Below the pieces are notes generated by a model. It saw only the letters and a list, made by a program, of their open reading frames with translations, was not told the DNA's origin and searched no databases. From IMG/VR virus record IMGVR_UViG_3300025132_008118: 64,000 nucleotides of DNA. One strand, written 5' to 3'. Origin of the DNA: a virus. Below, one piece after another: positions 1 to 10,415 of the stretch; position 1 is the stretch's first letter; every line of letters starts with the position of its first letter. A program made the translations under genes and the position numbers.

Positions 1-11
1 AAATGTCTGCA

Positions 12-455
12 TTACAATTTTTTCATTACATCCAAACCTGTACTAGCACCGTCTACATATTGGGAAAGTCTTTGTGTTGCTTGAAGCTGTTCTTGGGACA
101 TATTTTGTGTCGGTTCATTGCCTATACTCATATTACCCTTAATTTTTATTAATGCATCGTATGCTGCTGGATCTGTTTGCTTTAACTTCATTCTAAGCAT
201 TTTATTAGATAAAGCAGCTTTCATACTTTGTTCTAATTCATATCCTTTTTTCATATAATCTGACTGTGCTTGGGTCATAGGGGCTGGTTCGGCTGCTGGA
301 GCTGATTTGGCTGGAGGGCTACCTAAAGCACTTGCTGCTGTAGCTGCACCTATTGCTCCGTATTGAGCTGCTTTTTTAGCTACATCTTTTAAACCTTCAT
401 CAATTACTTCTTCATTATAGGCTTCAAATATAAGTTGAGAATCTAAATCTTTCAT
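12..455 (-). CDS. Hypothetical protein, probable virion/internal protein
   Basis: 147 aa; N-terminus MKDLDSQLIFEAY; Ala-rich segment; TAAATA box 5 nt upstream of ATG. Confidence 0.5.
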   Translation of the reverse strand: MKDLDSQLIFEAYNEEVIDEGLKDVAKKAAQYGAIGAATAASALGSPPAKSAPAAEPAPMTQAQSDYMKKGYELEQSMKAALSNKMLRMKLKQTDPAAYDALIKIKGNMSIGNEPTQNMSQEQLQATQRLSQYVDGASTGLDVMKKL

Positions 456-469
456 AATATTATTTAATA

Positions 470-2098
470 TTAAACAAATCGTTCTATAAAGTATTTAGGT
501 AATTTATCCTTATTTCGGATGATAGCTTCATATACACCTGCATCTAAAATATATGTCTTGCAATGATCTTGCTTACTTCGTATACCTCTACCACATTGCT
601 GCACAACATTACTCAACATCTTATTTGAATACCATGCTTTATCTAATTCAAATAACTTCTTAATTCTATTATCACCTAACGGTAAGTAAGGAGCTTTAAT
701 TACTATTTGAAATCTAGCTAGATCATCTTTCAAGTCAATACCTAAACCTAAAGATGGGCTTACCAATACAGTCGGGTTCTTACTTTTTGAATGCTGTCTT
801 AATATTTCTTCATTTCTTGTTTCTTTATCTCTATATAGAAAGCGTCTACTCTTTAAATTATTCTGTAAGTATGAAGCGATAAACCCGGTATGTGTATGTA
901 TAATACCTTTTTCAAATTCATGCTGATTACATATCTGTTCTATCTGCTTTACAATTTTTGGTAGGGTCTTTTTAAGGTTATAATGATTAATCTTTTGTTT
1001 AGTATTAATATAGATGGGAGCTTTTTCAGGATCGAAAGTACTATCAGACTCTACATATTCATACTCCTTTATACCTAAACTTTTAGCAAAATGCTTATGA
1101 TCAATAATAGTAGCAGACATTAATAATACATTATCAGCATACTTAAAAATATATTTCGATAATACATCTACCTTTAACGGCATAACTCTTGCTGTCTTAC
1201 CATCTCGCTGTACAACATACTCACACTCTTCCCACGTTTCAGTTATTAGGTTTAAACTTCTATGAAGATTTTTTAAATAACTTAGCTTAATATTTTCACT
1301 ATTGCTAAGTTGTATATTCTTATTATTACTTTTATTAGTTAATGTATTAATATATTCACTAACTTCTAATATACATGAACATATCCATTTATATATTGCA
1401 TCTTGTTTTTCAGAATATAAACTTGGTACACTCACACCTAATAACTTTAAACGATCTGGGTCAATAAAGACCGAATATTGTTTTACTATTTCGTCCTCAA
1501 GTTCGGACGCTTCATCACATATAATAAAGTTTTTACGTTTTACATGACCTGGTAAAGATAAAAACATCTTATAATTTAATACTCCAAACTTTTCAACCAA
1601 TCCTTGATTACGAGCATTATGGTAATTACATTTATGAGCTTTTCTATGATCTTCTAATATCTTACGAGGCATAACAGACGTTTCCATTTCAACATCAATA
1701 TCAGAATTAAGAGTACTTACGTAATTACTTTTACCTTTCATAACTACGCTATCATCAAATAACTCTAAGTACTGATCTTGCAATGATTTGGTTATAGTTA
1801 ATGCAAATGCACCGCTAGCTGGTTCATTTAAACATTCAGGCTCATTAATATAATTACCCACGTTATCCATTTTAAACGCATCGTAACTATCAATTAATTC
1901 TTTAAATGAATCTGTAGACTCGTTTGATATATTAGCTAGAGTTTTTGATATAAAACTCTTACCACTTCCAGTTGGTGCACTACAAATTACAAACTTATAG
2001 CCTTTATTGAACGCATGTTCAATCTTCTTAATTATATTAATTTGCTGAGTGCTCGGGTTATAACCGTCAGGAAATTTATTAAGGTATTTACTCAGCAT
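470..2098 (-). CDS. DinG/XPD (Rad3-like) superfamily 2 helicase
   Basis: Walker A APTGSGKS, ICDEAS motif II, SATI motif III, GLGID motif V, QQCGRGIRS motif VI. Confidence 0.85.
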   Translation of the reverse strand: MLSKYLNKFPDGYNPSTQQINIIKKIEHAFNKGYKFVICSAPTGSGKSFISKTLANISNESTDSFKELIDSYDAFKMDNVGNYINEPECLNEPASGAFALTITKSLQDQYLELFDDSVVMKGKSNYVSTLNSDIDVEMETSVMPRKILEDHRKAHKCNYHNARNQGLVEKFGVLNYKMFLSLPGHVKRKNFIICDEASELEDEIVKQYSVFIDPDRLKLLGVSVPSLYSEKQDAIYKWICSCILEVSEYINTLTNKSNNKNIQLSNSENIKLSYLKNLHRSLNLITETWEECEYVVQRDGKTARVMPLKVDVLSKYIFKYADNVLLMSATIIDHKHFAKSLGIKEYEYVESDSTFDPEKAPIYINTKQKINHYNLKKTLPKIVKQIEQICNQHEFEKGIIHTHTGFIASYLQNNLKSRRFLYRDKETRNEEILRQHSKSKNPTVLVSPSLGLGIDLKDDLARFQIVIKAPYLPLGDNRIKKLFELDKAWYSNKMLSNVVQQCGRGIRSKQDHCKTYILDAGVYEAIIRNKDKLPKYFIERFV

Positions 2099-2113
2099 AT
2101 AATAATTATAATA

Positions 2114-2455
2114 TCAGACTGCTGATAAAACAACTATATTATTATATAACTTACTTCTCTTTTCAAAATTTAAAACTTTAGTCTTAAAGAAAACAAATTC
2201 ATTATTTTTTGAAAATTCTTCTATCCTATAATCAAATTTAAGATGCATATGGCCTACTTCAGAATTAAACGGAAAAGGTATTTCATATTGTTTTAAATCG
2301 CCCTTTTCATTTTCTAAAGATAGACTAAAATAAAAATCTTTAACTTTAAATAGTACCAATTTACCTTGCTTTAAGGGTTTAGCTGGGTTAATATAAATTA
2401 CAATATCACGAAGTAATAAATTAGTTAAGTCTTTTTCTATCTTTTCAAACTTCAT
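2114..2455 (-). CDS. Hypothetical protein
   Basis: 113 aa ORF coupled to neighbours; no motif recognised. Confidence 0.5.
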   Translation of the reverse strand: MKFEKIEKDLTNLLLRDIVIYINPAKPLKQGKLVLFKVKDFYFSLSLENEKGDLKQYEIPFPFNSEVGHMHLKFDYRIEEFSKNNEFVFFKTKVLNFEKRSKLYNNIVVLSAV

Positions 2456-2826
2456 GTACCCATGTAGTCCCTCTTTTCATCCGCAGACATTGGATATATA
2501 TTTTCGTTAAAATATTCAAAAAATTCATCTTCTGGTATTGTGTTTACTATTGCACAATTATCCATACTAACCATTCTCCATCCTTGCATCATAATATCCC
2601 ATACAGGTAACAAATTTTTACTAGCAGGGTTATATTTTGGAGGACCTGCTGGTGGTTTATAGTTCAACGTTAGCCGACCGTTAACACTATTGAGTAAGCT
2701 ATCATCCAGAGTACATAACATTCTTCTTTGAGTACTGTCACCTGGTTTTGGTCTCCGTTTCTCAAAAATTATTTCACAGACATTACTCTGTAAAGTGTTT
2801 TTAAGATTCGGCAGACTTACTTTCAT
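2452..2826 (-). CDS. DUF2693/WYL-like SH3-fold phage protein
   Basis: CEIIFEK...RRMLCTL...VWDI..QGWR pattern typical of this T4-like family. Confidence 0.6.
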   Translation of the reverse strand: MKVSLPNLKNTLQSNVCEIIFEKRRPKPGDSTQRRMLCTLDDSLLNSVNGRLTLNYKPPAGPPKYNPASKNLLPVWDIMMQGWRMVSMDNCAIVNTIPEDEFFEYFNENIYPMSADEKRDYMGT

Positions 2827-3235
2827 CTTTCTTTTTTGCTATTCCAAATAGTCTACTTTCATTTAAGAAAACACCTTTATTAAGTTTACCATACCCTGAG
2901 ATCTCTGCATTTGCGATACCTACCCCGAGATTATTTGGAAAGATTACTATTTCTCCACCTTTAATATACTTACATTCAGGACCTGCTAATATTACTTTAG
3001 CTTTTCTCCATGCCCTTTGAACTGCATTAGTAGGTATATAAACTCCACCTCTCATAATAGCATCACCTTGACTATCTGATACTTCGTCAATAAACTCTAC
3101 TAAAATTATATCATCAAAAATAAAACCTAGCTCATAATCCTGATCAATAATTCCATCTAGAGAATTATTATGAGAATCTGTTAAATCAATTAAACTTTTT
3201 TTAGGTGCTAATATGTCAATGTTTGCTTGTGCCAT
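2801..3235 (-). CDS. GroES-like co-chaperonin (T4 gp31-like)
   Basis: DIILVE...GGVYIP...KAKVILAGPECKYIKGGEIVIF pattern of Cpn10; upstream TAAATA box. Confidence 0.7.
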   Translation of the reverse strand: MAQANIDILAPKKSLIDLTDSHNNSLDGIIDQDYELGFIFDDIILVEFIDEVSDSQGDAIMRGGVYIPTNAVQRAWRKAKVILAGPECKYIKGGEIVIFPNNLGVGIANAEISGYGKLNKGVFLNESRLFGIAKKKDESKSAES

Positions 3236-3274
3236 ATAACTATTTACGAAAGAATATTTTTAGTTCAACAGCAA

Positions 3275-4234
3275 TTACTGCCATTCAAAGTTTGAGGCCA
3301 TATGTCCCCATTTTGATGTTTCAGCAAATATTGGTGTGTTTAATTTTAAAAATTTAATAATACCTTGAGGTGATAAATCGTAATCTTTTATTTCTATTTT
3401 TTCACCATTTACTGTAGCTGTTGCCTGTAGTGGCTGGTCATACCCAATAGCATATGCTAATTCAACTTTAACCTCACTATTAGTTCTATTCTTTTTAAGT
3501 ATATCAACTGCTATATACCTGGCCATATATGCAGCTCCTCTATCAACTTTTGTACAATCTTTACCACTAAAAGCTCCCCCTCCTAAAGGGACTCTAGGAC
3601 CATAATTATCTACAGCTAACTTTCTACCAGTTACCCCTGCATCAGCCTGAAAACTGCCTATACTCCAATCCCCTGCAGGATTACAATGTAAAGATTCTAT
3701 TTCATATGAATAGCTATTAAAAAAATCTTTTGTAATTTTTTCTAATTCAACTTTAGGTGCATTTTGAAATGAGCATACAACCCTTATTTTATTACCATTT
3801 AATGTAATTTGGGTCTTACCATCAAAAGGGTAGTCTTTATAAATTCGTTTATTTAATTTTCTAGCAAGATAGTATTCTTGCGGCATAAACTCTTCATTAT
3901 CTCTACATGCATACCCGATCATGATACCTTGATCACCAGCGCCACCTACATCGACGCCGCGACTAATCTCAGGTGATTGTTCAATAATATTAATAATTAC
4001 ATCAACATTATCATCTTCAGCAATCTCTCTTACGATTGTCTCTATTTTATTATTGTCAATTTTATAATTACTAGTTACTTCACCAGTTACCATTACTTTA
4101 CCATGGCCACCGCAAGTTTCAATAGCACACCTCGAATTATTATCATTAGAAAGATATAAATCTAAGATTGTATCCGATATTCTATCACATAATTTATCCG
4201 GATGTTTTGGGGAAACGAATTCAGCTGTTTTCAT
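3275..4234 (-). CDS. metK: S-adenosylmethionine synthetase (compact, 319 aa)
   Basis: HPDKLCDRISD, GAGDQG, DAGVTGRK, GGGAFSGKD signatures. Confidence 0.95.
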   Translation of the reverse strand: MKTAEFVSPKHPDKLCDRISDTILDLYLSNDNNSRCAIETCGGHGKVMVTGEVTSNYKIDNNKIETIVREIAEDDNVDVIINIIEQSPEISRGVDVGGAGDQGIMIGYACRDNEEFMPQEYYLARKLNKRIYKDYPFDGKTQITLNGNKIRVVCSFQNAPKVELEKITKDFFNSYSYEIESLHCNPAGDWSIGSFQADAGVTGRKLAVDNYGPRVPLGGGAFSGKDCTKVDRGAAYMARYIAVDILKKNRTNSEVKVELAYAIGYDQPLQATATVNGEKIEIKDYDLSPQGIIKFLKLNTPIFAETSKWGHMASNFEWQ

Positions 4235-4238
4235 TATG

Positions 4239-4601
4239 TTATTTACTTAAACTATTATTAATTTCAACAAGATTTTTATATTCCTGTTGACTATAAAATT
4301 CAGGTATTAACTTTTTTTCTTCTTTAGTTTTCTTCTCTTTTTTAATCTTTTTAATATAGTTTAATCTTTTAAATTTCAATCTAGGCAATATAGAATAGAT
4401 GTAATTATATTGAGATAACTTATCATCAAATAAATTCCAATATTTATTAGTAGTTTCATTTATGTATTCATTTAACTCTTTTGAATACATACTAGTCCAT
4501 CTATTAACCATGAATAGATTAAACTGCGATTCATCATCGCAGTTCATATCTATCCTTTTCTTACTAAACAGTAAGCTATTTATATATTGAAATATTGTCA
4601 C
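4239..4601 (-). CDS. Probable clamp loader small subunit (T4 gp62-like)
   Basis: FNLFMVNRWTS...QYNY...LPRLKFKRLNYIKK resembles gp62 family; 120 aa. Confidence 0.55.
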   Translation of the reverse strand: MTIFQYINSLLFSKKRIDMNCDDESQFNLFMVNRWTSMYSKELNEYINETTNKYWNLFDDKLSQYNYIYSILPRLKFKRLNYIKKIKKEKKTKEEKKLIPEFYSQQEYKNLVEINNSLSK

Positions 4602-5185
4602 AGATTAATCTTAGTAGTTGCAATAAACATATCATCATTCATTGCATAAAATAAATCAATAATATCTTGCATAAACTCTTCAACCTGTTCATCAGTAAGT
4701 TTAGTACTGTAAGCAAAGTTAGGAGCTTTCGGTCCTGCATTTACATTGATACCAGTATGCCCGATAGCTACATTATCCTTTGAATAAGTAATACTCACAC
4801 TACATTTACCAACGGTTTGTAGACTACCATCACTACCTTCGAACTCATCATGTACCATTAGATCATCGCCGTCTACTTCAATAGGCTTCTTGATATACTT
4901 CGAAGATAGAATATTAGCAATCTGGGTATTTAAAAGTCGCTGATACGCTACAGCACCAAATTTATCCAAGTTAGGAATTTCCCAACAAAAACTAATTGCA
5001 TCATCACTTGCAATATAATCGTTTTGAAGTACATCTTCTTGATCGATCATACCATCGATACCTACATTCATATAACCTCTAAAGGCTATAATATTTCCAA
5101 TAGGTAAAGTTTTCTTTCGAAAGAAATTGTACGCAAAACGTTTATGAATTAAATCACCGTCATAATTAAGATTCTTAATAATCAT
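4598..5185 (-). CDS. DUF366 family protein (biotin/lipoate ligase-like fold)
   Basis: YDGDLIHKRFAY, NIIAFRG, MIDQED, VDGDDL, KCSVSI, GHTGINV. Confidence 0.7.
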   Translation of the reverse strand: MIIKNLNYDGDLIHKRFAYNFFRKKTLPIGNIIAFRGYMNVGIDGMIDQEDVLQNDYIASDDAISFCWEIPNLDKFGAVAYQRLLNTQIANILSSKYIKKPIEVDGDDLMVHDEFEGSDGSLQTVGKCSVSITYSKDNVAIGHTGINVNAGPKAPNFAYSTKLTDEQVEEFMQDIIDLFYAMNDDMFIATTKINL

Positions 5186-5219
5186 ACGTTAATTATATAT
5201 TATTTCCTCTTTATTTCAA

Positions 5220-5597
5220 TTATTTTCTTAAAATATCGTAAAACTTATTTTTGTCTAAAATATAATCTTCAAAATTATATTCAGTATTAGCAAAAACTAA
5301 CATAACATCATCACCAGTTAAAAATTGTTGAGAATCCCAAACTAGTTTATCAATAAAAATACTATCACCTTTTTTAAGAATTGTTTCAGTAGTTTCATTT
5401 TCACCCGATTCAAGTATTACCTTTATCATACCTTTAACGCAAATCAAATATTGTTTGGTTTGATAATGAGCATGATCGCCTCTTATTATATCTTTTGGTA
5501 CATTATAAACTGTAAAAACTCTTTTTACATCAAACGGAATTTCTTTTAAATTAATTGGTAATAAACTACCCCTCTCATCTTCAAATATATTATTCAT
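5220..5597 (-). CDS. FdtA/QdtA (WxcM-like) sugar 3,4-ketoisomerase, cupin
   Basis: FEDERGSL, FDVKRVF, RGDHAH motifs. Confidence 0.9.
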   Translation of the reverse strand: MNNIFEDERGSLLPINLKEIPFDVKRVFTVYNVPKDIIRGDHAHYQTKQYLICVKGMIKVILESGENETTETILKKGDSIFIDKLVWDSQQFLTGDDVMLVFANTEYNFEDYILDKNKFYDILRK

Positions 5598-6393
5598 AGG
5601 TTTTATATGTATCCATTAAATGCTTTGAACCTCCTTGAAAATGAATTGACTTAAACTGAATCTTTTTGTCTAGTACTGGACTATAACAAAAAGGTTTTTT
5701 ATCTACAAACTCTATCTTTTTTATACCATCAAATTCATACATATTATCTGAGTCATTTATATTATGGTCGTATGTCGTATTATCCCGAATATTAGATAGT
5801 TCTCCAACACCAACCGAACATTTATATCTTGCAAAATATTCAAATAGAGTCATATCGCATACACCACCTGGTAGATTAAATTCCTGTCTAACTTTATAGT
5901 GCGATGCAATTTTAGCAAATTCGTAGCTATTTTTTTGTTGATATATTTCAAAAAGAAACTTGCAGAACATTTTTAAACCACCAGTCGTAAAATATGATGT
6001 ACATCCTACTGATCTTAGTATTAACGTAAATATATAATTCTTAAAAAATTCTATATCATCTGTAACATTATGATATAATAGAACATCTGAGTCGATATAA
6101 AATACATTATCAACATTTTCTTTTGTCATGTATTCATATAAAATAAACCATCTTAAAAAGCAAAACAGTTCATAATCCCCCAACGTTGATAAAGGGGTAT
6201 AATATTTTCTAAACTCATCGGAGTGTGTTGTATACTCAAGTATACTAACATTATCACAGTTTTCATACTCGCTATCAGAAATAACAATTACCTTTTCATT
6301 GTAAAATTTTGCCTGATTGATACAGGTCTGAACATAATCATGCTTACCTCTATGTATTAATATTACCGGTATCTTTGATATTTTTTGCGACAT
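5590..6393 (-). CDS. GT-A fold glycosyltransferase-like protein
   Basis: CFLRWFIL...FYIDSDVLLY DxD motif; located in glycan island. Confidence 0.65.
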   Translation of the reverse strand: MSQKISKIPVILIHRGKHDYVQTCINQAKFYNEKVIVISDSEYENCDNVSILEYTTHSDEFRKYYTPLSTLGDYELFCFLRWFILYEYMTKENVDNVFYIDSDVLLYHNVTDDIEFFKNYIFTLILRSVGCTSYFTTGGLKMFCKFLFEIYQQKNSYEFAKIASHYKVRQEFNLPGGVCDMTLFEYFARYKCSVGVGELSNIRDNTTYDHNINDSDNMYEFDGIKKIEFVDKKPFCYSPVLDKKIQFKSIHFQGGSKHLMDTYKTYE

Positions 6394-7288
6394 AATCTTG
6401 TATATATTTTAATGTAAAATATTTTTTATTCAAGTTCAAATTTTTACATAGTTTATCAGTATCAACTGAATGTAACGTTTTTAATACTTCTGGATAATCT
6501 ATAACGTTATTACATTTAATAAAAACTGAAAAAGTATCATAATCGAGAAACTCTTCATATGGTAAGCATATTTTTTCAGTAAATAATACCGGTATAGTAT
6601 TGCAAAACATACTTTCAAAAAATCTATAAGAGCTTAAACCACAACCTCTTGGACATAAATTAAAAACAAAGCTACTAATTGTTTTATAAAAATCTTCTGG
6701 TGGTACGTTATTAGAATTAAAAAAGTGTTTATGGTGGTTGAATTTTTCTAGTATATCATGTCTAACTGGGTGAGTTACATTACCTACAAAACCGTAATTA
6801 TATTTTTTAGCTTCGTTATACGATTCTTGATTTATAGCAAAAAATGGAACTACTATATCATTAGAAGTTTTATCACTGGTATTAAAATTTATTATTTTTA
6901 AATTCTTATATTGTTTTATAAACTGATTAAAAACTGAAAAATCATTATCATGATTATAAAATGCAACAACAATATTATCTTTATATAGATTACAATAATA
7001 ATCAATTATGTCGCACATATATTGAGGCTTATAACCAAAAATTAATATTTCTAAATATAATCCAATAACGATTACCGTATCTTTATCTACCTTATCTACT
7101 TTTTTAAAATCTTTAAAACTATTTTCAACATCTTTAGTCCTACAATTAGATGCAAATAAATCAATATTTTCAAGTACGTCAGGTCTACTACTTAAATAAT
7201 CCTTTAAATCAATTTCATCTTCGAACCCAGGAAGTTTTTTAAGTATTTCTGTATAATGAATTTGTTTATATTTTAACATAATTTTCAA
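6350..7288 (-). CDS. Exostosin (GT47) family glycosyltransferase
   Basis: FVGNVTHPVR, FNLCPRGCGLSSYRFFESMFCNTIPV, LPYEEFLDY. Confidence 0.85.
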   Translation of the reverse strand: MKIMLKYKQIHYTEILKKLPGFEDEIDLKDYLSSRPDVLENIDLFASNCRTKDVENSFKDFKKVDKVDKDTVIVIGLYLEILIFGYKPQYMCDIIDYYCNLYKDNIVVAFYNHDNDFSVFNQFIKQYKNLKIINFNTSDKTSNDIVVPFFAINQESYNEAKKYNYGFVGNVTHPVRHDILEKFNHHKHFFNSNNVPPEDFYKTISSFVFNLCPRGCGLSSYRFFESMFCNTIPVLFTEKICLPYEEFLDYDTFSVFIKCNNVIDYPEVLKTLHSVDTDKLCKNLNLNKKYFTLKYIQDYVAKNIKDTGNINT

Positions 7289-8186
7289 CCAAACTGATTA
7301 TTAATTTTTGATCTTTTAATTTAAGTTCTTCATGAAAAGGTATTGAAATAGTTTCTTCACTTTCTACTTCACTATTTTTTAAACTGACATCTTGACTAAA
7401 ACATGCTGTTTTATGTTGGCAGTTATAATGAATACCATGACTAATTTTATTATTATTAAATGCCTCTATTAATTTATTTCTATTTTTTACTTTAATTCTA
7501 TATAAGTGATTTGATGTATTATTTAAATTAAATTTATAGTTATAATATTCTTTAACTACTTTTAATTTATATAGTTTATTCTCATATTTTTCAAAATTAG
7601 TATTTATAATTGATGCATTTATTGCTGGTAGATAAAATTTATAACCAGGTTGTTCTTGAACCCGGTCCCAACTATTTTTTTCTTGCGACATACCATTGTA
7701 TGCAAGTGATCTAATTTTATCAATTTTTGATTTGTCATTAGAAACAATAATAGAGCCATCTACTCCACCTAGAGGTTTAGTAGGGTAAAAACTAAATATC
7801 ATTAAATCATTATCATTACATTCATTAGTAAATTGATTTTTTTGTAATTTTTGCGCTGAATCAATTATTTTATAATCATCAAATTCACAAAAAGTATAAC
7901 TATCTCCAACCCATTCTGTATTATCATTAAATGATATTTTATTGCCACTGGTAACGATAGCATTACACACTACTGGTGGTATCATTGTAGGTAAATTTAT
8001 AGTTACCCCTTTATTTAGAATAGATAAAAATAAAGCATTAGTAGCTGAATTAACACCTACCCCATATTTTGCCCCTACAAAATTAGCTATTTTATTTTCT
8101 ACTGTATTAACTACCTTATCGTGTAGTATATGATTAAAATAACTAGTATCTACATTGTAATTGGGTAAATTAAATAATTCAATCAT
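7266..8186 (-). CDS. DegT/DnrJ/EryC1/StrS family sugar aminotransferase
   Basis: VNSATNALFL, IIDSAQ, FSFYPTKPLGGVDGS with catalytic Lys. Confidence 0.9.
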   Translation of the reverse strand: MIELFNLPNYNVDTSYFNHILHDKVVNTVENKIANFVGAKYGVGVNSATNALFLSILNKGVTINLPTMIPPVVCNAIVTSGNKISFNDNTEWVGDSYTFCEFDDYKIIDSAQKLQKNQFTNECNDNDLMIFSFYPTKPLGGVDGSIIVSNDKSKIDKIRSLAYNGMSQEKNSWDRVQEQPGYKFYLPAINASIINTNFEKYENKLYKLKVVKEYYNYKFNLNNTSNHLYRIKVKNRNKLIEAFNNNKISHGIHYNCQHKTACFSQDVSLKNSEVESEETISIPFHEELKLKDQKLIISLVENYVKI

Positions 8187-8901
8187 CTTTCAATGTAACG
8201 TAAGTATGCCATCTGTAATTATGCATATCATTAGCGAAAACTTGTAACGAATCGTCTCTAACTTCAAAAATAGGTTTTTCTTTAATATATGAATTTTCCA
8301 TTGTTACTGCATCAGTATATGGTAGTACAGGAGGTAATATTGTATATGTTTCAATTATATTTTCTAGATTTTCTTTTGCACCGTATGGTATTTCAAAACC
8401 AGGGTCATATTTATCATTTAATACAGCTGCTAATGATAAATGTCTTTTACCGCAAAATTCTGGATAATTATCATCAAAATAAAAGTTTTTAAATCCTAAT
8501 GTCTCTGCATGTATAATTCTTTTATATGCGTCTTGGTGATCGTCAAAGATAACTAATGTTTCTTTTGCTTTACTTTTTGATATAAAATCATTTGTTAAAT
8601 TTAAAAAATCAGTAGTTATATATTTTGAATTCTCACCTCTATATACGACCTGCTGTAAAAATGGTTCAATACAAACTATTTTAGTTTCAGGTAGCAATTT
8701 ATTAATTAACCATGTTGTTTGACCTTTAAAGACTCCACTTTCAATTATAGTTGACGGCTTATATTTCTTTAAAATATAAAAAAGGTGAAATAGGTTAACT
8801 GATAATGTACCGCCGCTATTCTCTTTTATCGGTCTACTATCATATATTTCTAAAAATTCTTTTATATAGTTCTTTATATCGGATGTATCTTGTGTTTTCA
8901 T
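8179..8901 (-). CDS. Putative methyltransferase-fold protein
   Basis: IIESGVFKGQTTW, VIFDDHQD, FDDNY; located in glycan island. Confidence 0.5.
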   Translation of the reverse strand: MKTQDTSDIKNYIKEFLEIYDSRPIKENSGGTLSVNLFHLFYILKKYKPSTIIESGVFKGQTTWLINKLLPETKIVCIEPFLQQVVYRGENSKYITTDFLNLTNDFISKSKAKETLVIFDDHQDAYKRIIHAETLGFKNFYFDDNYPEFCGKRHLSLAAVLNDKYDPGFEIPYGAKENLENIIETYTILPPVLPYTDAVTMENSYIKEKPIFEVRDDSLQVFANDMHNYRWHTYVTLKDD

Positions 8902-8902
8902 A

Positions 8903-9520
8903 TTATTTTTTTATAAGGTATTCGTTACCTATATTATATGCTATTTTATAGCCATAATCCAGTATTGTTTCATGAAACTTACTTTCATTATGTTCATATC
9001 GATAAGTAGTAGCTGTATCATATGCTACATATGTCGAACAATGATACGGGTTTTGTGTTTTTAAAATTTTTAAAAGTAACAAATTAGGTATATCTAAAGA
9101 TAGTAAATATTCTAGTGCTTCATCTCCATTTGGGAGTACATTTGTTAAAGCACTAATAATACCGCAATCAAAATTATTAGTAAAATCTTTAGTTAATTCA
9201 TTATAACCTTTAGCATAAAAATTACCTGGAAAGTTTTCTTTTGCTATTTTGATTGCATTTTCCGAATAATCTACACCAGTATAATTTGACCCTTCAATCT
9301 CGGTCTCGTTTTTTAAAACATAATTTAAAAATCCACAGCCACACCCTATATCTATTATTTTTGTGTCTTTATTAAAATTTTTTTTACATACTTCAATTAA
9401 AAAATTCCAATGTTGTGGATAACTTCCTGACTGATATTCATGGGTATTCAATGCAAGTTGTTTTTCATGCAGCTCTTTTATTTTCCAACTATTTAGATAA
9501 GTGTAATTTATTTCTGACAT
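8903..9520 (-). CDS. Class I SAM-dependent methyltransferase
   Basis: IIDIGCGCG motif I, YTGVDYSENAI. Confidence 0.85.
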   Translation of the reverse strand: MSEINYTYLNSWKIKELHEKQLALNTHEYQSGSYPQHWNFLIEVCKKNFNKDTKIIDIGCGCGFLNYVLKNETEIEGSNYTGVDYSENAIKIAKENFPGNFYAKGYNELTKDFTNNFDCGIISALTNVLPNGDEALEYLLSLDIPNLLLLKILKTQNPYHCSTYVAYDTATTYRYEHNESKFHETILDYGYKIAYNIGNEYLIKK

Positions 9521-10415
9521 AATTTAACTCCTCATTAAAAACTTTTTTTAATTTATCTAGAGAATTTTCTACATATAAAGGGTGGTCCCCGTTAAATTTA
9601 TTGCTATAACATGGGCCGCGACCCGATGGTAGATATTCATGAACACCAGCATACTGGACTTCAATTTTTGCTTTTTCAGTATCATTACCTACTACCCATG
9701 GGTAAAATACTTCAAAGAAATAGTTAGGTATTCTGTTACCGGAACCGCCTATATTCCAATAATATTCCATTTTCTTATAGACTTGTTTAGGAAAAACATA
9801 TGAATAATGATACATTTCAACTCCATCGTTATCAAATAGAGTTTTACTATCTAAGTGTTTAGTCGGTAAGGTAGTAGTACCTGCGGGCGGTTTAATAGTT
9901 GGTGGTCGGTGGGTAGACCATTTGCAATTAGGGTACGATTTAAATATTCTTAAAAAATTATCTGTATTTTGTTCAAAACCAGTCAAATAATGATCAAAAC
10001 CTCCGAAAAAAGATTTACTTTGAACTCCAACTGAAGTATATTTTTCATCGAATAATAGTTTATCAATTTTTTCTAAATCATTTTGTTTATAAATTTCATC
10101 ACAATCTAAATTCCATACATAATCTATATCACTATTTAAATGCTCCATATATGCATTACATTGTGAATCTTTTTCATCATATTGGCTATGTATAATTTTA
10201 ATTTTATTCTTAGGATCAGGAAAATTATCTAATATGTAATTGGTTTTATCGGTTGATGTGGTCAACCCCTTACCTTGCCAATATTTTACCGGGCCTTCAG
10301 CAATTAATATTTGGGATGCATAATCATATACACTATTTAAACATTCTTCTAAAACATAGTCACCGTTTAAGACTATCATACCGAACGCTACTTTTTGCTG
10401 ATGTTTAATATTCAT
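9489..10415 (-). CDS. GT2-like glycosyltransferase
   Basis: GMIVLNG..VLEECLNS, WNLDCDE DxD, HYSYV. Confidence 0.75.
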   Translation of the reverse strand: MNIKHQQKVAFGMIVLNGDYVLEECLNSVYDYASQILIAEGPVKYWQGKGLTTSTDKTNYILDNFPDPKNKIKIIHSQYDEKDSQCNAYMEHLNSDIDYVWNLDCDEIYKQNDLEKIDKLLFDEKYTSVGVQSKSFFGGFDHYLTGFEQNTDNFLRIFKSYPNCKWSTHRPPTIKPPAGTTTLPTKHLDSKTLFDNDGVEMYHYSYVFPKQVYKKMEYYWNIGGSGNRIPNYFFEVFYPWVVGNDTEKAKIEVQYAGVHEYLPSGRGPCYSNKFNGDHPLYVENSLDKLKKVFNEELNYVRNKLHLSK

